A stretch of 64,000 bases of DNA from a virus, in IMG/VR virus record IMGVR_UViG_3300046167_000873, positions 1 through 64,000 of that record; one strand, written 5' to 3'. Below the pieces are notes generated by a model. That model saw only the letters and a list, made by a program, of their open reading frames with translations. It ran no database searches and was not told where the DNA came from. Position 1 is the stretch's first letter, and the number at the start of each line of letters is the position of its first letter. This document shows positions 37,204 through 47,268 of the stretch, piece after piece. The translations under genes were made by a program, and so were the position numbers.

Positions 37204-37616
37204 AACGTATTTCCTCTAAGTAAAAGCTCACCATTATACTGTGTATTCACTTGAACAGAACCCTCATTCTGTGATACTGCCCACCAAATAGCCCAAACAA
37301 GTTGTACCTGATCAACCTCTTCATATTTAGTCTGTCTAATAAAAAGGTGCTTACCTTCTTCGTCTTCGTTTTGGTATGTTATGAATCCACATTTATTTGG
37401 CTTTAAAGATTCAGGAAGTCCTTCATCTTCTAACCAAGAACATCTAAATGATCTGCACGTAATTGGTCTATCTGGATAAATTGTACAACCTGATTCATAT
37501 TTTGAACACACAGGCATATTAGATGATGCTATAACATCTTCACCAGTCATTGACTTATCATTAAACCATAAAATACCGGTGCAGCATGCATAGCAATCAC
37601 CGCATTCCCTACTCAT
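37197..37616 (-). CDS. YkgJ-family CxxCxxCC (putative Zn/Fe-S) protein
   Basis: CGDCYACC, C.IYPDRP..CR.F.C. Confidence 0.75.
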   Translation of the reverse strand: MSRECGDCYACCTGILWFNDKSMTGEDVIASSNMPVCSKYESGCTIYPDRPITCRSFRCSWLEDEGLPESLKPNKCGFITYQNEDEEGKHLFIRQTKYEEVDQVQLVWAIWWAVSQNEGSVQVNTQYNGELLLRGNTLS

Positions 37617-38718
37617 TAGATATTGCCTCAGAATATAAGTCGTAAAATAAATCGTGCACTGGCTTCGGTGCTGGAAGATTCAAACTATCAATGTACTTGT
37701 TCACGATTGTAGCTGTGTCTTCTGCTTCATTAATAATGTCGTCTGCGTTTTCCATATCAAGACGTAGATTATCTTCTACGATTTGAACGTGACATGGATT
37801 AGCTTGATTGATGCTATCGACAAATAAATCGAAGAGGTATGGATTGTCTTTATTCTTTACGACAATCTTTATGAAGGTATCTTTGAGGTGGCCATGATCT
37901 TCTTTTATAGATGCATGGATATTATCTTCGTTGCTATCATCATAAAATACTTTGTGGAACATAGAGTAAGGATTCTTAATGTATTCTAACTCTCTTGTTT
38001 TAGTATCAAAAATATGAAACCCACGATCATCATCATAATCAGACCATGTCATTTCATATGGTGCGCCTAGATAATGTATATTGTCTTTCGAGGACTTATG
38101 GTGGAAGTGACCAGACATCACCATATCAAACTTGCCAAACGTCGCGTGGCTCATTCCTGAGTCTATCTTTGTACCTTTATACATTTCAAAACCACTGAGC
38201 TCAAGGTGACCCATACATACGTCAGCATTGCTGTTTTTGATTGTATGCATTGCATAATCATAATTCGAACTATTGATCCAAGGCATAAACATTATTTTAC
38301 AGCCATCAAAATCAAAGTCATTAGATGGGTGTGCGTGTACCCACATCTCTGATGTATTGAGTATGTAATCGTTTTTTGGACAGGGCCATTTATCCTTCAT
38401 CCATCCAAGGAGTAGATACGGTGCGTTTACGGCGTTAGTGTTCTTAAAGTATGTATCATGATTACCAACGATACAATGGAGATTGATACCCTTACCATAA
38501 ATTGGACCAAAAAAATAATCATTACAACGCTTAAGACTATCGAAATTGATGTACTTACGTCGATCAAAAATGTCTCCCAATTCAATGATATCTTTGATAC
38601 CACGCTCTTCCAAGGTTGGGAAAAATACTTCGCTATAAAACTTTTCATAATAATTATGAAACTGTGTACTGTCATTTCGAACCCCGAAATGCTGGTCTGT
38701 AATTAAAGCGATCTTCAT
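37609..38718 (-). CDS. gp47: recombination endonuclease nuclease subunit (SbcD/Mre11-like)
   Basis: ITDQHFG, LGDIFDRRK, VGNHD, SGHFH. Confidence 0.96.
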   Translation of the reverse strand: MKIALITDQHFGVRNDSTQFHNYYEKFYSEVFFPTLEERGIKDIIELGDIFDRRKYINFDSLKRCNDYFFGPIYGKGINLHCIVGNHDTYFKNTNAVNAPYLLLGWMKDKWPCPKNDYILNTSEMWVHAHPSNDFDFDGCKIMFMPWINSSNYDYAMHTIKNSNADVCMGHLELSGFEMYKGTKIDSGMSHATFGKFDMVMSGHFHHKSSKDNIHYLGAPYEMTWSDYDDDRGFHIFDTKTRELEYIKNPYSMFHKVFYDDSNEDNIHASIKEDHGHLKDTFIKIVVKNKDNPYLFDLFVDSINQANPCHVQIVEDNLRLDMENADDIINEAEDTATIVNKYIDSLNLPAPKPVHDLFYDLYSEAISNE

Positions 38719-39845
38719 TTACTTATCCTTTCGATCTCTTGACGTATTTCCATAGCGCCTGATTTCGTACCAAATTTATGACCATGTACTGCACCACCAG
38801 CATTAGCAAGATAATCATTACCAATTCTATTCGTAATCGGTTCGATGAGTCCTGCATGCATACCACAACTAAGTATTGGTATTGTATTACATTCTCGTAG
38901 CGCGTGTACACAGTTCATTGTTTCAGAATCGTCGTGGTTACTATAACCACCAAGCATTCCTACTTGAATAGAATCAACACCGCAGAGTGTTGCGAGACGA
39001 CACATGACTGGCCATGATATACTATATCGGTGTGATTTATCGCACATGACTTTTGAGCCACTGCTTTGATAATGCATAAACAGGGGTAAATCCATACGAC
39101 GGATACTATGGTATGCACCTAATCCGCTAAAGACATTAACATGCACACCACGACCACCTAATTCGCTCACCATCAAAGCTCTCTCACTAATCACATGAGG
39201 ATCACCATTTATGGTATGGCAAAACATTATATTAGAATTAATTCGTTCTAAATAATTTGCGACTGCATCGACACGTTCATATAAAGGAGCTATTGCTGGG
39301 TTAGACATGATTTCATCTTCTTTGATAAAATCAACACCACCATCAACCAGCATTGATACCATGTCGATCAACGTCTTTGTAGTAATCCCAATCTTTGGTT
39401 TGATAATACTACCAAATAACGGTTTATCATATTGCCCAGTTTTTTCTCTTAGACCAGATAACCCAATCTTTGGCTTATAAAAAAGCTTTTCAATTCTATC
39501 AGGGAAGGATATATCAATGAGTCGGCATTTTTCAACAATTTCAATGTCAGTATGACCGCCCATCAATTGACAAAGCAAATGGCTAATGCCGTCGTTTTTC
39601 CAATCTGTATTACAAACAGGATATGCAATACAAATAACGTCGTCACGATTCAAGTCCACAATTTTACATGCGAACTTCTCTATCATTTCCTGCGTTTCCC
39701 AGTCATTACGAATATCAGGATTACCGATACTCTGACCAATTGCTATTGCGTAAGCTGCTTCTTCAATTGTTGTCTTAGATTCGATTTCATAGCAAGCAAG
39801 GACATAGTCATTCCTTAACTCTTCCATCTTCCGATATAAGTTCAT
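38715..39845 (-). CDS. RuBisCO-like protein (form IV RLP)
   Basis: IIKPKIG, GGVDFIKEDE (RuBisCO signature), LSCG, GGAVHGH; carboxylase-specific His/Arg and loop-6 Lys are replaced. Confidence 0.92.
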   Translation of the reverse strand: MNLYRKMEELRNDYVLACYEIESKTTIEEAAYAIAIGQSIGNPDIRNDWETQEMIEKFACKIVDLNRDDVICIAYPVCNTDWKNDGISHLLCQLMGGHTDIEIVEKCRLIDISFPDRIEKLFYKPKIGLSGLREKTGQYDKPLFGSIIKPKIGITTKTLIDMVSMLVDGGVDFIKEDEIMSNPAIAPLYERVDAVANYLERINSNIMFCHTINGDPHVISERALMVSELGGRGVHVNVFSGLGAYHSIRRMDLPLFMHYQSSGSKVMCDKSHRYSISWPVMCRLATLCGVDSIQVGMLGGYSNHDDSETMNCVHALRECNTIPILSCGMHAGLIEPITNRIGNDYLANAGGAVHGHKFGTKSGAMEIRQEIERISK

Positions 39846-40233
39846 CTAATTGTTCTCCACGGTATTCTGTTATCTTATCTCCTGGGATACTAGGAGCTTT
39901 CACGCATACTATCACACAATCTTCTAAAAATACAGGTTTAACGATAGATTTTTTAGGAACAACAAATACAGATTCAGGTTCAATAATCGTACCATAAATT
40001 GACATCTTGCCTGTCACGAGTACATTGTATTCATCATGAGATCGATGGTAGTGTGCTGGCCAATCTTCCCCCTTGCTGTGTTTAAAAACACCAACTTCAA
40101 ATTTAGAAGTCTTTAAAACGGATGGTTCGAAATTACCGATAAACCAACCTCTTGTAAATTCAGAAAGTGGTATTACCCTCATTTGTCGGTTACCAAATTT
40201 TAAACCGAAAATTCTTTTAATCAACTTAATCAT
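39808..40233 (-). CDS. cupin-domain protein
   Basis: GWFIGNFEP, AHYH...EY cupin motif; start at 40233 or 40182. Confidence 0.75.
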   Translation of the reverse strand: MIKLIKRIFGLKFGNRQMRVIPLSEFTRGWFIGNFEPSVLKTSKFEVGVFKHSKGEDWPAHYHRSHDEYNVLVTGKMSIYGTIIEPESVFVVPKKSIVKPVFLEDCVIVCVKAPSIPGDKITEYRGEQLDELISEDGRVKE

Positions 40234-42001
40234 TTTTACGTACCACATAATTGCCCATGAATAAAATATCAATATCCATTTTCATAAACGCATTTAATGC
40301 ATCAGTAGGAGTTTCAACTATAGGTTCGCCATTATCATTGAATGAAGTATTAAGTACAATCGGCACACCAGTTTTCTCATTAACAGCACGAAGCAGTTTT
40401 GTTACTGTATGATTTTGTTCTTCGTTAACTGTTTGAATACGGCAGCTACGATCAAGATGTGAGATTGCTGGTATCTCAGAAACTTTATCTTCTTTTACTG
40501 TAAACGCATAAAGCATATACGGAGATTCAAAATCTTCTTCAAAGTAATCTGTAAGATACTCATCAAGAATAATACCGGCAAACGGCCTCCACTCTTCTCT
40601 ATGCTTCACCCTTTGATTAAGTATATCTTTATTTTCGGCTAATTTTGGGCTCATTAAAATAGACCGTGAACCAAGTGCTCTTGGACCAAACTCAGATCTA
40701 CCTTGAAACCATCCTACTATTTTATTATCGTTAATACATTCTGCTGCGATGTTATCAATATCAAATGGTCTATGTTCATAAAACAAACTATTTTCTGTTG
40801 ATCTATTAAATTCTTTGATCGCCTCTTCTATTTCATTACTATTATAATGCTTACCTAATAATGCAATATTATCAGGCATAGTAGGATGCTTACAACCTTG
40901 GCTAACAAGACCTAGAAACGCAGCACCTAAATGTAATCCTGTATCTGTAGTATACGGCGGAATGTGTACTCCTTTCATCATCGGCGTCTGTTTTAGCCAA
41001 GTGTTTGCTTTTACATTTAAAAATATACCACCTGAAAAACATACGTTATCTTCTAAGTATCCTTCCTTATAATATAAGGTCATCATTTTCTGAAGTGCGT
41101 CTTCGTGGTTACGCTGTAGAACGTATGCTTTTTCTGCATGTGACAGAGTAGTGCATTCTTCTGATGACCAATGCGGGTGATGCTCTCCAATGTATGGTCT
41201 GCCGTTATAACCAATCTCTTCATTTGTTATGGTGTAAATATATTTTTTTTCAAAATCTGGGTCTTTACCTAAATCTGAACCGTATGCACAAAGTCCCATA
41301 ATTTTTCCGTGCATAGAATCCATTTCACCACGGTAATGTTTTCCTGTATTATGCTCTATATCAATAATACTGCAAAAAATGCTTTCTGAACCTATTGCCC
41401 AATGTGAGCCTAAACAATTTGTATGTGGCAAATCGTGGAATATTCTAAACATGGATTTGTTTTTATTAAAATATCCTAACGCACCTCTTTCTGTAATAGA
41501 GGTTGGAAAAACAAATCTGCCTTCATCGTCTCGGGCTACGTGTGACGGAATACTCTCGCCTGAACCATCATTTGTAATAAACGCACCTTCTTCATACGGG
41601 CTTGTATAGATAGACACTGCTGCGTGGCAACTATGATGGGGATAAAATTCTATTTTTGCTTTTGGAAATAATCCCTCAAGCCGTTTTTGTAATTGATGTT
41701 CAAACCTTGATATTTTAAAAAGAGGTGATCCTGGAGTAGCGACACAAACCATATCGATCATATCTACAGTTAGTTTACCTGCTTCAAGGCAATACATAAT
41801 ACTTTGTTGCGGCTCTGATCCATCATATTTTACGCGAGAAAGCCTTTCTTCTTGGATACTACAGATGTGTTCTCCATCTATAAACAGGCTCGCTCCAGCA
41901 TCATGCACCCATTCTACCAGATGTTGTTCGATATCATTTTTAATATGGTCTTCATTTCTAGGATTCCAACCCCACGCACCATACACGCCGAGAATATTCA
42001 T
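40226..42001 (-). CDS. carbamoyltransferase (NodU/CmcH family)
   Basis: HDAGA, EERLSRVK, HH.CHA, DGSGE, GKIMGL, SGG..LNV, EFGPRALGSRSI, VKHRE.WRPFA, LNTSFN. Confidence 0.95.
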   Translation of the reverse strand: MNILGVYGAWGWNPRNEDHIKNDIEQHLVEWVHDAGASLFIDGEHICSIQEERLSRVKYDGSEPQQSIMYCLEAGKLTVDMIDMVCVATPGSPLFKISRFEHQLQKRLEGLFPKAKIEFYPHHSCHAAVSIYTSPYEEGAFITNDGSGESIPSHVARDDEGRFVFPTSITERGALGYFNKNKSMFRIFHDLPHTNCLGSHWAIGSESIFCSIIDIEHNTGKHYRGEMDSMHGKIMGLCAYGSDLGKDPDFEKKYIYTITNEEIGYNGRPYIGEHHPHWSSEECTTLSHAEKAYVLQRNHEDALQKMMTLYYKEGYLEDNVCFSGGIFLNVKANTWLKQTPMMKGVHIPPYTTDTGLHLGAAFLGLVSQGCKHPTMPDNIALLGKHYNSNEIEEAIKEFNRSTENSLFYEHRPFDIDNIAAECINDNKIVGWFQGRSEFGPRALGSRSILMSPKLAENKDILNQRVKHREEWRPFAGIILDEYLTDYFEEDFESPYMLYAFTVKEDKVSEIPAISHLDRSCRIQTVNEEQNHTVTKLLRAVNEKTGVPIVLNTSFNDNGEPIVETPTDALNAFMKMDIDILFMGNYVVRKND

Positions 42002-42516
42002 TCTTCAGTAAACCTCTCAACGCCTTTAAGTGTTTTTTTGTTGTTGTCTGTTTTTTTCTTGGATTCAAATTTATCAATAATAGGTTTCATTTTTTCATTT
42101 TGAATATTAAAGTCTTTGTATCCATTGCTACTTTCAGCTTCAAAAAAGTCAGCGTCGATAACAAGTTCTTCGAGAGATTTATATTTGACGTAGGTTTGCT
42201 TTTGCTCCTTTTCTATGCGCCGCAAAAAGGCAAACCAAATAATTCGAGTAAAATATCCAAACGGGTTTTTAGATTTTTCTGGATCAAAACTATGAACTGC
42301 AACAATACAGTTTTCTAGTGAATCGTTGATCATTTCATCTTTGTAAGTATAACCGACAAAATTACCACGGTTGGCAGTACGGGTGGCTATAAGGTAAAAA
42401 GCTTCACCAATCTTTTCTGGTATTCTTGGCACTTCACCGTCAAGTGCTTCATTACATGATTTACGATAATCGACTAGCAGTTGATAAAATTCTTTGTTGT
42501 CTATATAGTTTGCCAT
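41998..42516 (-). CDS. gp55: late-transcription sigma factor
   Basis: YIDNKEF, NF.GYTYKDEMI.D, NPFGYFTRIIWFAFLRRI.KE. Confidence 0.96.
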   Translation of the reverse strand: MANYIDNKEFYQLLVDYRKSCNEALDGEVPRIPEKIGEAFYLIATRTANRGNFVGYTYKDEMINDSLENCIVAVHSFDPEKSKNPFGYFTRIIWFAFLRRIEKEQKQTYVKYKSLEELVIDADFFEAESSNGYKDFNIQNEKMKPIIDKFESKKKTDNNKKTLKGVERFTEE

Positions 42517-42866
42517 CAGTGTAATTCCTTTTGACTGGTTTTTTTGGCAAACAAGTTTTCAACATCATAATCTCGATTAAAATATTTGTTTGCATAGGAT
42601 TTATAATACTCAATTATTTCTGGTTGTAAATCTTTATGTATATGTAGGATATCTTCATTGTAAAAAAGTGCATCAGCACCAGTCGTTAAGGGTTGGTACT
42701 TAGTAAACTCCAAACCAGTTGAAACCTTTCCTTCAGTCTCATATTCAGAATCATATGTTTTAACCTTTAGTCGCAATGCATCTAAAATATCAATAGACGT
42801 ATCCGAAGATATCTCTAGCTTACCTAACACATTGGTTTCATTTTTTAAAACAACGAGTACAATCAT
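42516..42866 (-). CDS. conserved hypothetical protein (uvsW-gp55 gap)
   Basis: Position; beta-rich N-terminus. Confidence 0.6.
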   Translation of the reverse strand: MIVLVVLKNETNVLGKLEISSDTSIDILDALRLKVKTYDSEYETEGKVSTGLEFTKYQPLTTGADALFYNEDILHIHKDLQPEIIEYYKSYANKYFNRDYDVENLFAKKTSQKELH

Positions 42867-44333
42867 TTACACATCCTTTATTTCTACTTTTCTTACAGTA
42901 TATTCGTGTTGCTCAAGATCATACTGCTTCACACGTTCCATCAAATGATTTAGTGTGTAATTTGTTTTTGATCCCCAACTTAAATCATCAGCAATGTCAT
43001 ATAATGTTGCACTATCTTTTGTGCTAGATGTTCTTAGTCCACGGCCAATAGATTGAAGATTCCGTATCTTTGTTTTAAAAGGTGATGCGTAAATAATATT
43101 ATGCAAGTTCTTAATGTTGATACCAGTAGAGAAAGTGCCGTAGCTAGCTATAACAATGGCATCACTTTCATTTTCAACAATTGCTCTAATTTCATTACGT
43201 GTTTCACCTTTAACCTTACCATGCACGAAATAAACTTTCCTATCTTCGCTCACCATTTTTTTAATACTTTCATGCAATATTTTACCATGCTTCTCAACAT
43301 ATTGAAACAAAAGAAGGGTATTACCATTCAAAGATAACGTCAAGTCCCGTATGAATTTATTTCTTATTTCATGAGAACAAAGAAAATCCATCTCTTCTTG
43401 ATACTTATTTTTACTATTTTTCTTTCGTGTTAACTCGGAATATTTTAACGTTATAATTTTTATTTGTAGTTTTGCAAGATAGTTCATATCCTGTAGTTCG
43501 CGCGTGGTGATCACTTTATTAACAGGCCCAAATAGACCTTCAAGAACCAATTGATGCGTCTGAGAATCATCTAGGGAGCCTGTGAAGCCATATCTGTATG
43601 GTGTGTTAACAAGTTTTGTCATTAACGTAGTACATGATTTAGCTTTAAATAAATGGGCTTCATCACCAATAACCACACTAAACTTATCAAACCATTCTTT
43701 CTTTAACTTATAGACAGATTGCCATGTGGTAATAACAATTGGTTTATCGGTTTCTTTAGATTGCCCAGTATATATTTTATGACAATACTTTTCTGATTTA
43801 AAACCGTAATCTTCAAAATCAGAATATATCTGGTGTACAAGTGTTACTGTAGGAACAATGAGAAGTGTTGGCTTAAGATGCCAACGCATAATCATATAAA
43901 TAATAAATGACTTACCGGAACCAGTGGGAGAAAGGAATAGAGAACGACTATTACATATAGCGTCCTTAAAAGCCTCAATCTGATATTCTCTTTGGTCGAA
44001 GTTAGGAGGAAGACTAACGAGCTGTTCATCAATAAACTTTTTAGCTGCTTCAATTGTAAAATCAATTGGTCTACTATCATAAGTGTAACTGACATGGTAG
44101 CCTCTTTCTTCTGCGAATTGCTCTATATATTTATTGAGACCAGAATAGAGAAATCCAGTAGCAGTATTTAAAAGACGTATTTTCCCATCCCACATTCGAT
44201 TTCGGTAACTAGGCATGAATTCTGCACCAGGTACTTTGAATGTAAAGTGTTCACTGAGTTGATTAAAGACGCCTCTATCATCGATTTGAATTTGGTTATA
44301 AACTTCATCAACTTTGTTGATTTTAATTTCCAT
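42867..44333 (-). CDS. uvsW: SF2 helicase UvsW
   Basis: WDGKIRL, SPTGSGKS, GDEAH, STGINI, QSIGRGLR. Confidence 0.97.
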   Translation of the reverse strand: MEIKINKVDEVYNQIQIDDRGVFNQLSEHFTFKVPGAEFMPSYRNRMWDGKIRLLNTATGFLYSGLNKYIEQFAEERGYHVSYTYDSRPIDFTIEAAKKFIDEQLVSLPPNFDQREYQIEAFKDAICNSRSLFLSPTGSGKSFIIYMIMRWHLKPTLLIVPTVTLVHQIYSDFEDYGFKSEKYCHKIYTGQSKETDKPIVITTWQSVYKLKKEWFDKFSVVIGDEAHLFKAKSCTTLMTKLVNTPYRYGFTGSLDDSQTHQLVLEGLFGPVNKVITTRELQDMNYLAKLQIKIITLKYSELTRKKNSKNKYQEEMDFLCSHEIRNKFIRDLTLSLNGNTLLLFQYVEKHGKILHESIKKMVSEDRKVYFVHGKVKGETRNEIRAIVENESDAIVIASYGTFSTGINIKNLHNIIYASPFKTKIRNLQSIGRGLRTSSTKDSATLYDIADDLSWGSKTNYTLNHLMERVKQYDLEQHEYTVRKVEIKDV

Positions 44334-44334
44334 A

Positions 44335-44769
44335 TTACGCGCCTGTTTGGAAGCGTGCCCAATCTATTGCAGATTTAATATGAAAACCACGATTTGATAT
44401 CGTCTTAATAATATCTGTAAGAAGTTCAACCTTTTCACCTTGATATGCAACTTTAAGATTCATTCTAATAATATCATTATCAGCATCAATATAGTTGTTC
44501 ACATCAGATTTTAAGATTCGTCCTTTAGAAGGAAGTTTCCAGCCCTTTTCAACTTGCTCTGGAGTAGGTCCATCTAGATAAAATTCTTGTTTTTCTAATC
44601 TGAGTTTTTTGAGCTCGCCTTGTATTTTCTTATGATTAATGCGCTCAAACGAAAGGATTTTATAATATTTTTGGTGGAGTTTTGCAAGCTCAAGAGCAGC
44701 ATTACCTAACTCACCTGGATTAATCTCACAATCTATTTGCCAAGCACTAAATATTTCTTCTAAAGTCAT
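44335..44769 (-). CDS. uvsY: recombination mediator UvsY
   Basis: KLHQKY, YIDAD, R.F.IK.AIDW.RF..G. Confidence 0.92.
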   Translation of the reverse strand: MTLEEIFSAWQIDCEINPGELGNAALELAKLHQKYYKILSFERINHKKIQGELKKLRLEKQEFYLDGPTPEQVEKGWKLPSKGRILKSDVNNYIDADNDIIRMNLKVAYQGEKVELLTDIIKTISNRGFHIKSAIDWARFQTGA

Positions 44770-44828
44770 AGCCAATTTTCACGATTAAAACTTCATTATA
44801 TTATACTTATAAGCGTCTGTACAATTGT

Positions 44829-45332
44829 TTACAGATAAGACCAAGTATACTTTTTAAATTTAAATCCAACTTGTGCCTCTACATATTCTATTGTAGAATC
44901 TTTTGTGTCGAATGTTATATCGGTTAATGATACAGGAAACATATCTTCGAAATCTATCCTTATAATAGGATTCATAGCACTCGAAAGTATATTAATGTGA
45001 CCATCAGATTCAACACCTTCACCTATAAGAGTTTTATCCGTCTCAGCGATCTTTTTGAATTGCTCGAATGTATCAGGAAATGCAATGCTTTGTAACCATT
45101 CATAGATAGAAATATAATTGCCTAAATCTTCGTTGATTTTAAATGAAACAATTAACTCACCATTATATTCCCAATGATCTCCATAGACTGGAAGCTTCTT
45201 GAATGGGTTTGGCTGTTCAGTATACCCAAGATTGACACCTGGAATACTAACTGATTGTACAAAGAAATTTAACTCAGGAAGCTTTCTAATATGAAAATTA
45301 AAGCCAACCGGGGATAACATATTTTTATTCAT
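44829..45332 (-). CDS. gp3: tail completion/sheath stabilizer
   Basis: N.LSP.GF, FFVQSV.IPG, FPVSL; position after gp23. Confidence 0.85.
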   Translation of the reverse strand: MNKNMLSPVGFNFHIRKLPELNFFVQSVSIPGVNLGYTEQPNPFKKLPVYGDHWEYNGELIVSFKINEDLGNYISIYEWLQSIAFPDTFEQFKKIAETDKTLIGEGVESDGHINILSSAMNPIIRIDFEDMFPVSLTDITFDTKDSTIEYVEAQVGFKFKKYTWSYL

Positions 45333-45574
45333 AGTTTGTATACTCCGTTTACCGTGATTTCAAAATCACCTTGACCTGTCATATAAGAATACAATACTTC
45401 TGGTTTACAGTAATGAACCATGCTTTTTTCATTTGTCATCTTATTTATCTTTATATAAGCACTACATTCCTTAATAGGAATTGTACTAAAGATTTCATAG
45501 TTTGTATACTGCTTTGTTGTATACATGTTAGGTGCAGTTGTGATTATCAAGTAGAGTATAACGGTATGTATCAT
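45329..45574 (-). CDS. hypothetical protein
   Basis: ORF coupled at both ends. Confidence 0.5.
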   Translation of the reverse strand: MIHTVILYLIITTAPNMYTTKQYTNYEIFSTIPIKECSAYIKINKMTNEKSMVHYCKPEVLYSYMTGQGDFEITVNGVYKL

Positions 45575-45819
45575 CTTGGTGGCAAATGTCCTCTATTTTC
45601 TTCTACTAAAAAACTCATATAGCAGTGATCAGGGTCCCAAAAGAATATCTTATCTATTACTGCCCTTGCTATAGCGGCTGACTTATAACCTTTTTGCTGG
45701 TATCTCCACATAGCACTACTAATAGTTTCATCTGGATAACCACCGCCTAATGTAAATACAGTCCAAAGAAGTTGATCAATAGCAATGAGTATGTTTTTAA
45801 TTCTAATTGTAATACTCAT
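45571..45819 (-). CDS. conserved hypothetical phage protein
   Basis: IAIDQL...GG.PDETISS...ID..F..DPDHC. Confidence 0.65.
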   Translation of the reverse strand: MSITIRIKNILIAIDQLLWTVFTLGGGYPDETISSAMWRYQQKGYKSAAIARAVIDKIFFWDPDHCYMSFLVEENRGHLPPR

Positions 45820-45843
45820 AAATTTACTTCCCGTTTTTTGATG

Positions 45844-45870
45844 AAAAAAAAGGGAGTCCGAAGACCCCCC
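45844..45870 (-). terminator. rho-independent terminator after gp23
   Basis: GGGGGTC-TTCG-GACTCCC followed by a T run. Confidence 0.9.
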
Positions 45871-45900
45871 ATAAAACGTCCTTTATAAAGGATCTTTTTA

Positions 45901-47232
45901 TTACATCAAGTTGGCAATAGTGCTCGCACGGTAGTAGACGTTGGAGTTAGCATCGATGCCAGATCCAGTTGCCCAATCACCTGACTTAGTAGCACCCTGT
46001 GAGAATGGGTTAGCAACCATGCCGTAGCGAGTCTTGAAGCCAATCTTAGGCTGGAAGGTATCTTGATCAACCGCACGTACCATTTGCAGAGGTACATATG
46101 GGCAGTAGAAGATACCAGCGTCGAATGCACCAGCACCCTTGTAGCCAATGTTCATATACTGAGTAGTAGCATATGGATCAATGTATACACGGAAACGACC
46201 ATTCAGAACACCAGCGAAAGTGTTACCAGTATCGTCAACAGCAAGGTTGTTGCTGTTAAGAGCAGGCGTGTAATCAAGAACACCAGCCATCTGAAGAGCA
46301 GAAGCTACGTCAGAAGAACAGATGATGATGTTAGCCTTACCACGACGAGTGTCTTTAGCAACCTTGTTAGCTTCACGTTCAATGTGGAACATAAGACCCT
46401 TGAACTTCTCAACAGACCAGCGACCAGAAGCATCAACGTCAAGGTTGAATGTACCAGCAACAGCAGTTGTAGAATCTTGTGAACCAGGAACAGCAACACG
46501 GTTAACAGTACGCACGACTTCACGGTTGATTTCAGCAAGAATCTCAGCAGCAAGAATGTTGCTCAGTTCAGCTTCAGCGTCAAGACCATGTACAGCTTTC
46601 AAGTCTTGAGCAAGTTCAAGCGAGTAATCAGCTTTAAGTGCACGAGTGTTAGCAGTAACAGTTACTTTGTCAATGGTGAATGCCATCTCGCCGAAAGCGT
46701 TACCGTCAGCTCCACCAAGCTTCTCAGCATCAGCAGTAGCCATACCAGTACCTGAAGCTCCAGCTTGTGAGTCACCAGTGTGAGCACCAGTACCAGAGAA
46801 GTCAGTATCAGCTTCGTTGTAGAATGCTTCTTCGAAAGAATCACGATCAGCAGGGTTAGCAGTGTTAGCTGCATATTGTGAACGCATTGCGAAGATAAGA
46901 CCAGTAGGACCAGACATGGGCTGAACGCCACAGATGTCATAAGCCATCAGGTTTGGCATAGCACGACGAACAAGGCTGATCAGAATTGGATCAAAACCTT
47001 GGATAGGACCTGCTGAACCAGAACCCATACCTTGGCTTGTTACAGCGTTGGTTGGCTCTTCGTTCAACATGGATTGATTAGCACCGATAGCAGCATTCTC
47101 GCGAAGTGCCTTTTCAGTGTTCTCAAGAACCATAGCCGTTACAGAACGACGATGTGAGTCAGTAATTTCTGGAAGATCCGGATGCGAAATCACTGGGGCC
47201 CACTTAGATTGAATTTCTTCTTTTAAATTCAT
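45901..47232 (-). CDS. gp23: major capsid protein
   Basis: KWAP, DPILISLVRR, GVQPMSGPTGLIFAMR, ELAQDLKAVHGLDAEAEL, FYCPYVPL. Confidence 0.98.
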   Translation of the reverse strand: MNLKEEIQSKWAPVISHPDLPEITDSHRRSVTAMVLENTEKALRENAAIGANQSMLNEEPTNAVTSQGMGSGSAGPIQGFDPILISLVRRAMPNLMAYDICGVQPMSGPTGLIFAMRSQYAANTANPADRDSFEEAFYNEADTDFSGTGAHTGDSQAGASGTGMATADAEKLGGADGNAFGEMAFTIDKVTVTANTRALKADYSLELAQDLKAVHGLDAEAELSNILAAEILAEINREVVRTVNRVAVPGSQDSTTAVAGTFNLDVDASGRWSVEKFKGLMFHIEREANKVAKDTRRGKANIIICSSDVASALQMAGVLDYTPALNSNNLAVDDTGNTFAGVLNGRFRVYIDPYATTQYMNIGYKGAGAFDAGIFYCPYVPLQMVRAVDQDTFQPKIGFKTRYGMVANPFSQGATKSGDWATGSGIDANSNVYYRASTIANLM

Positions 47233-47268
47233 TTGTTGCTCCTATTTTTATTTGGATATACTTATCTA

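Noticed and set aside
38715-39845. Viral CO2-fixing RuBisCO
   Set aside because: Lacks His294/Arg295, His327 and loop-6 Lys334 equivalents; no small subunit or PRK in the window
38715-42001. Carbamoyltransferase as activator of the RLP lysine
   Set aside because: RuBisCO lysine carbamylation is spontaneous with CO2; NodU-type enzymes transfer carbamoyl groups mainly to hydroxyls
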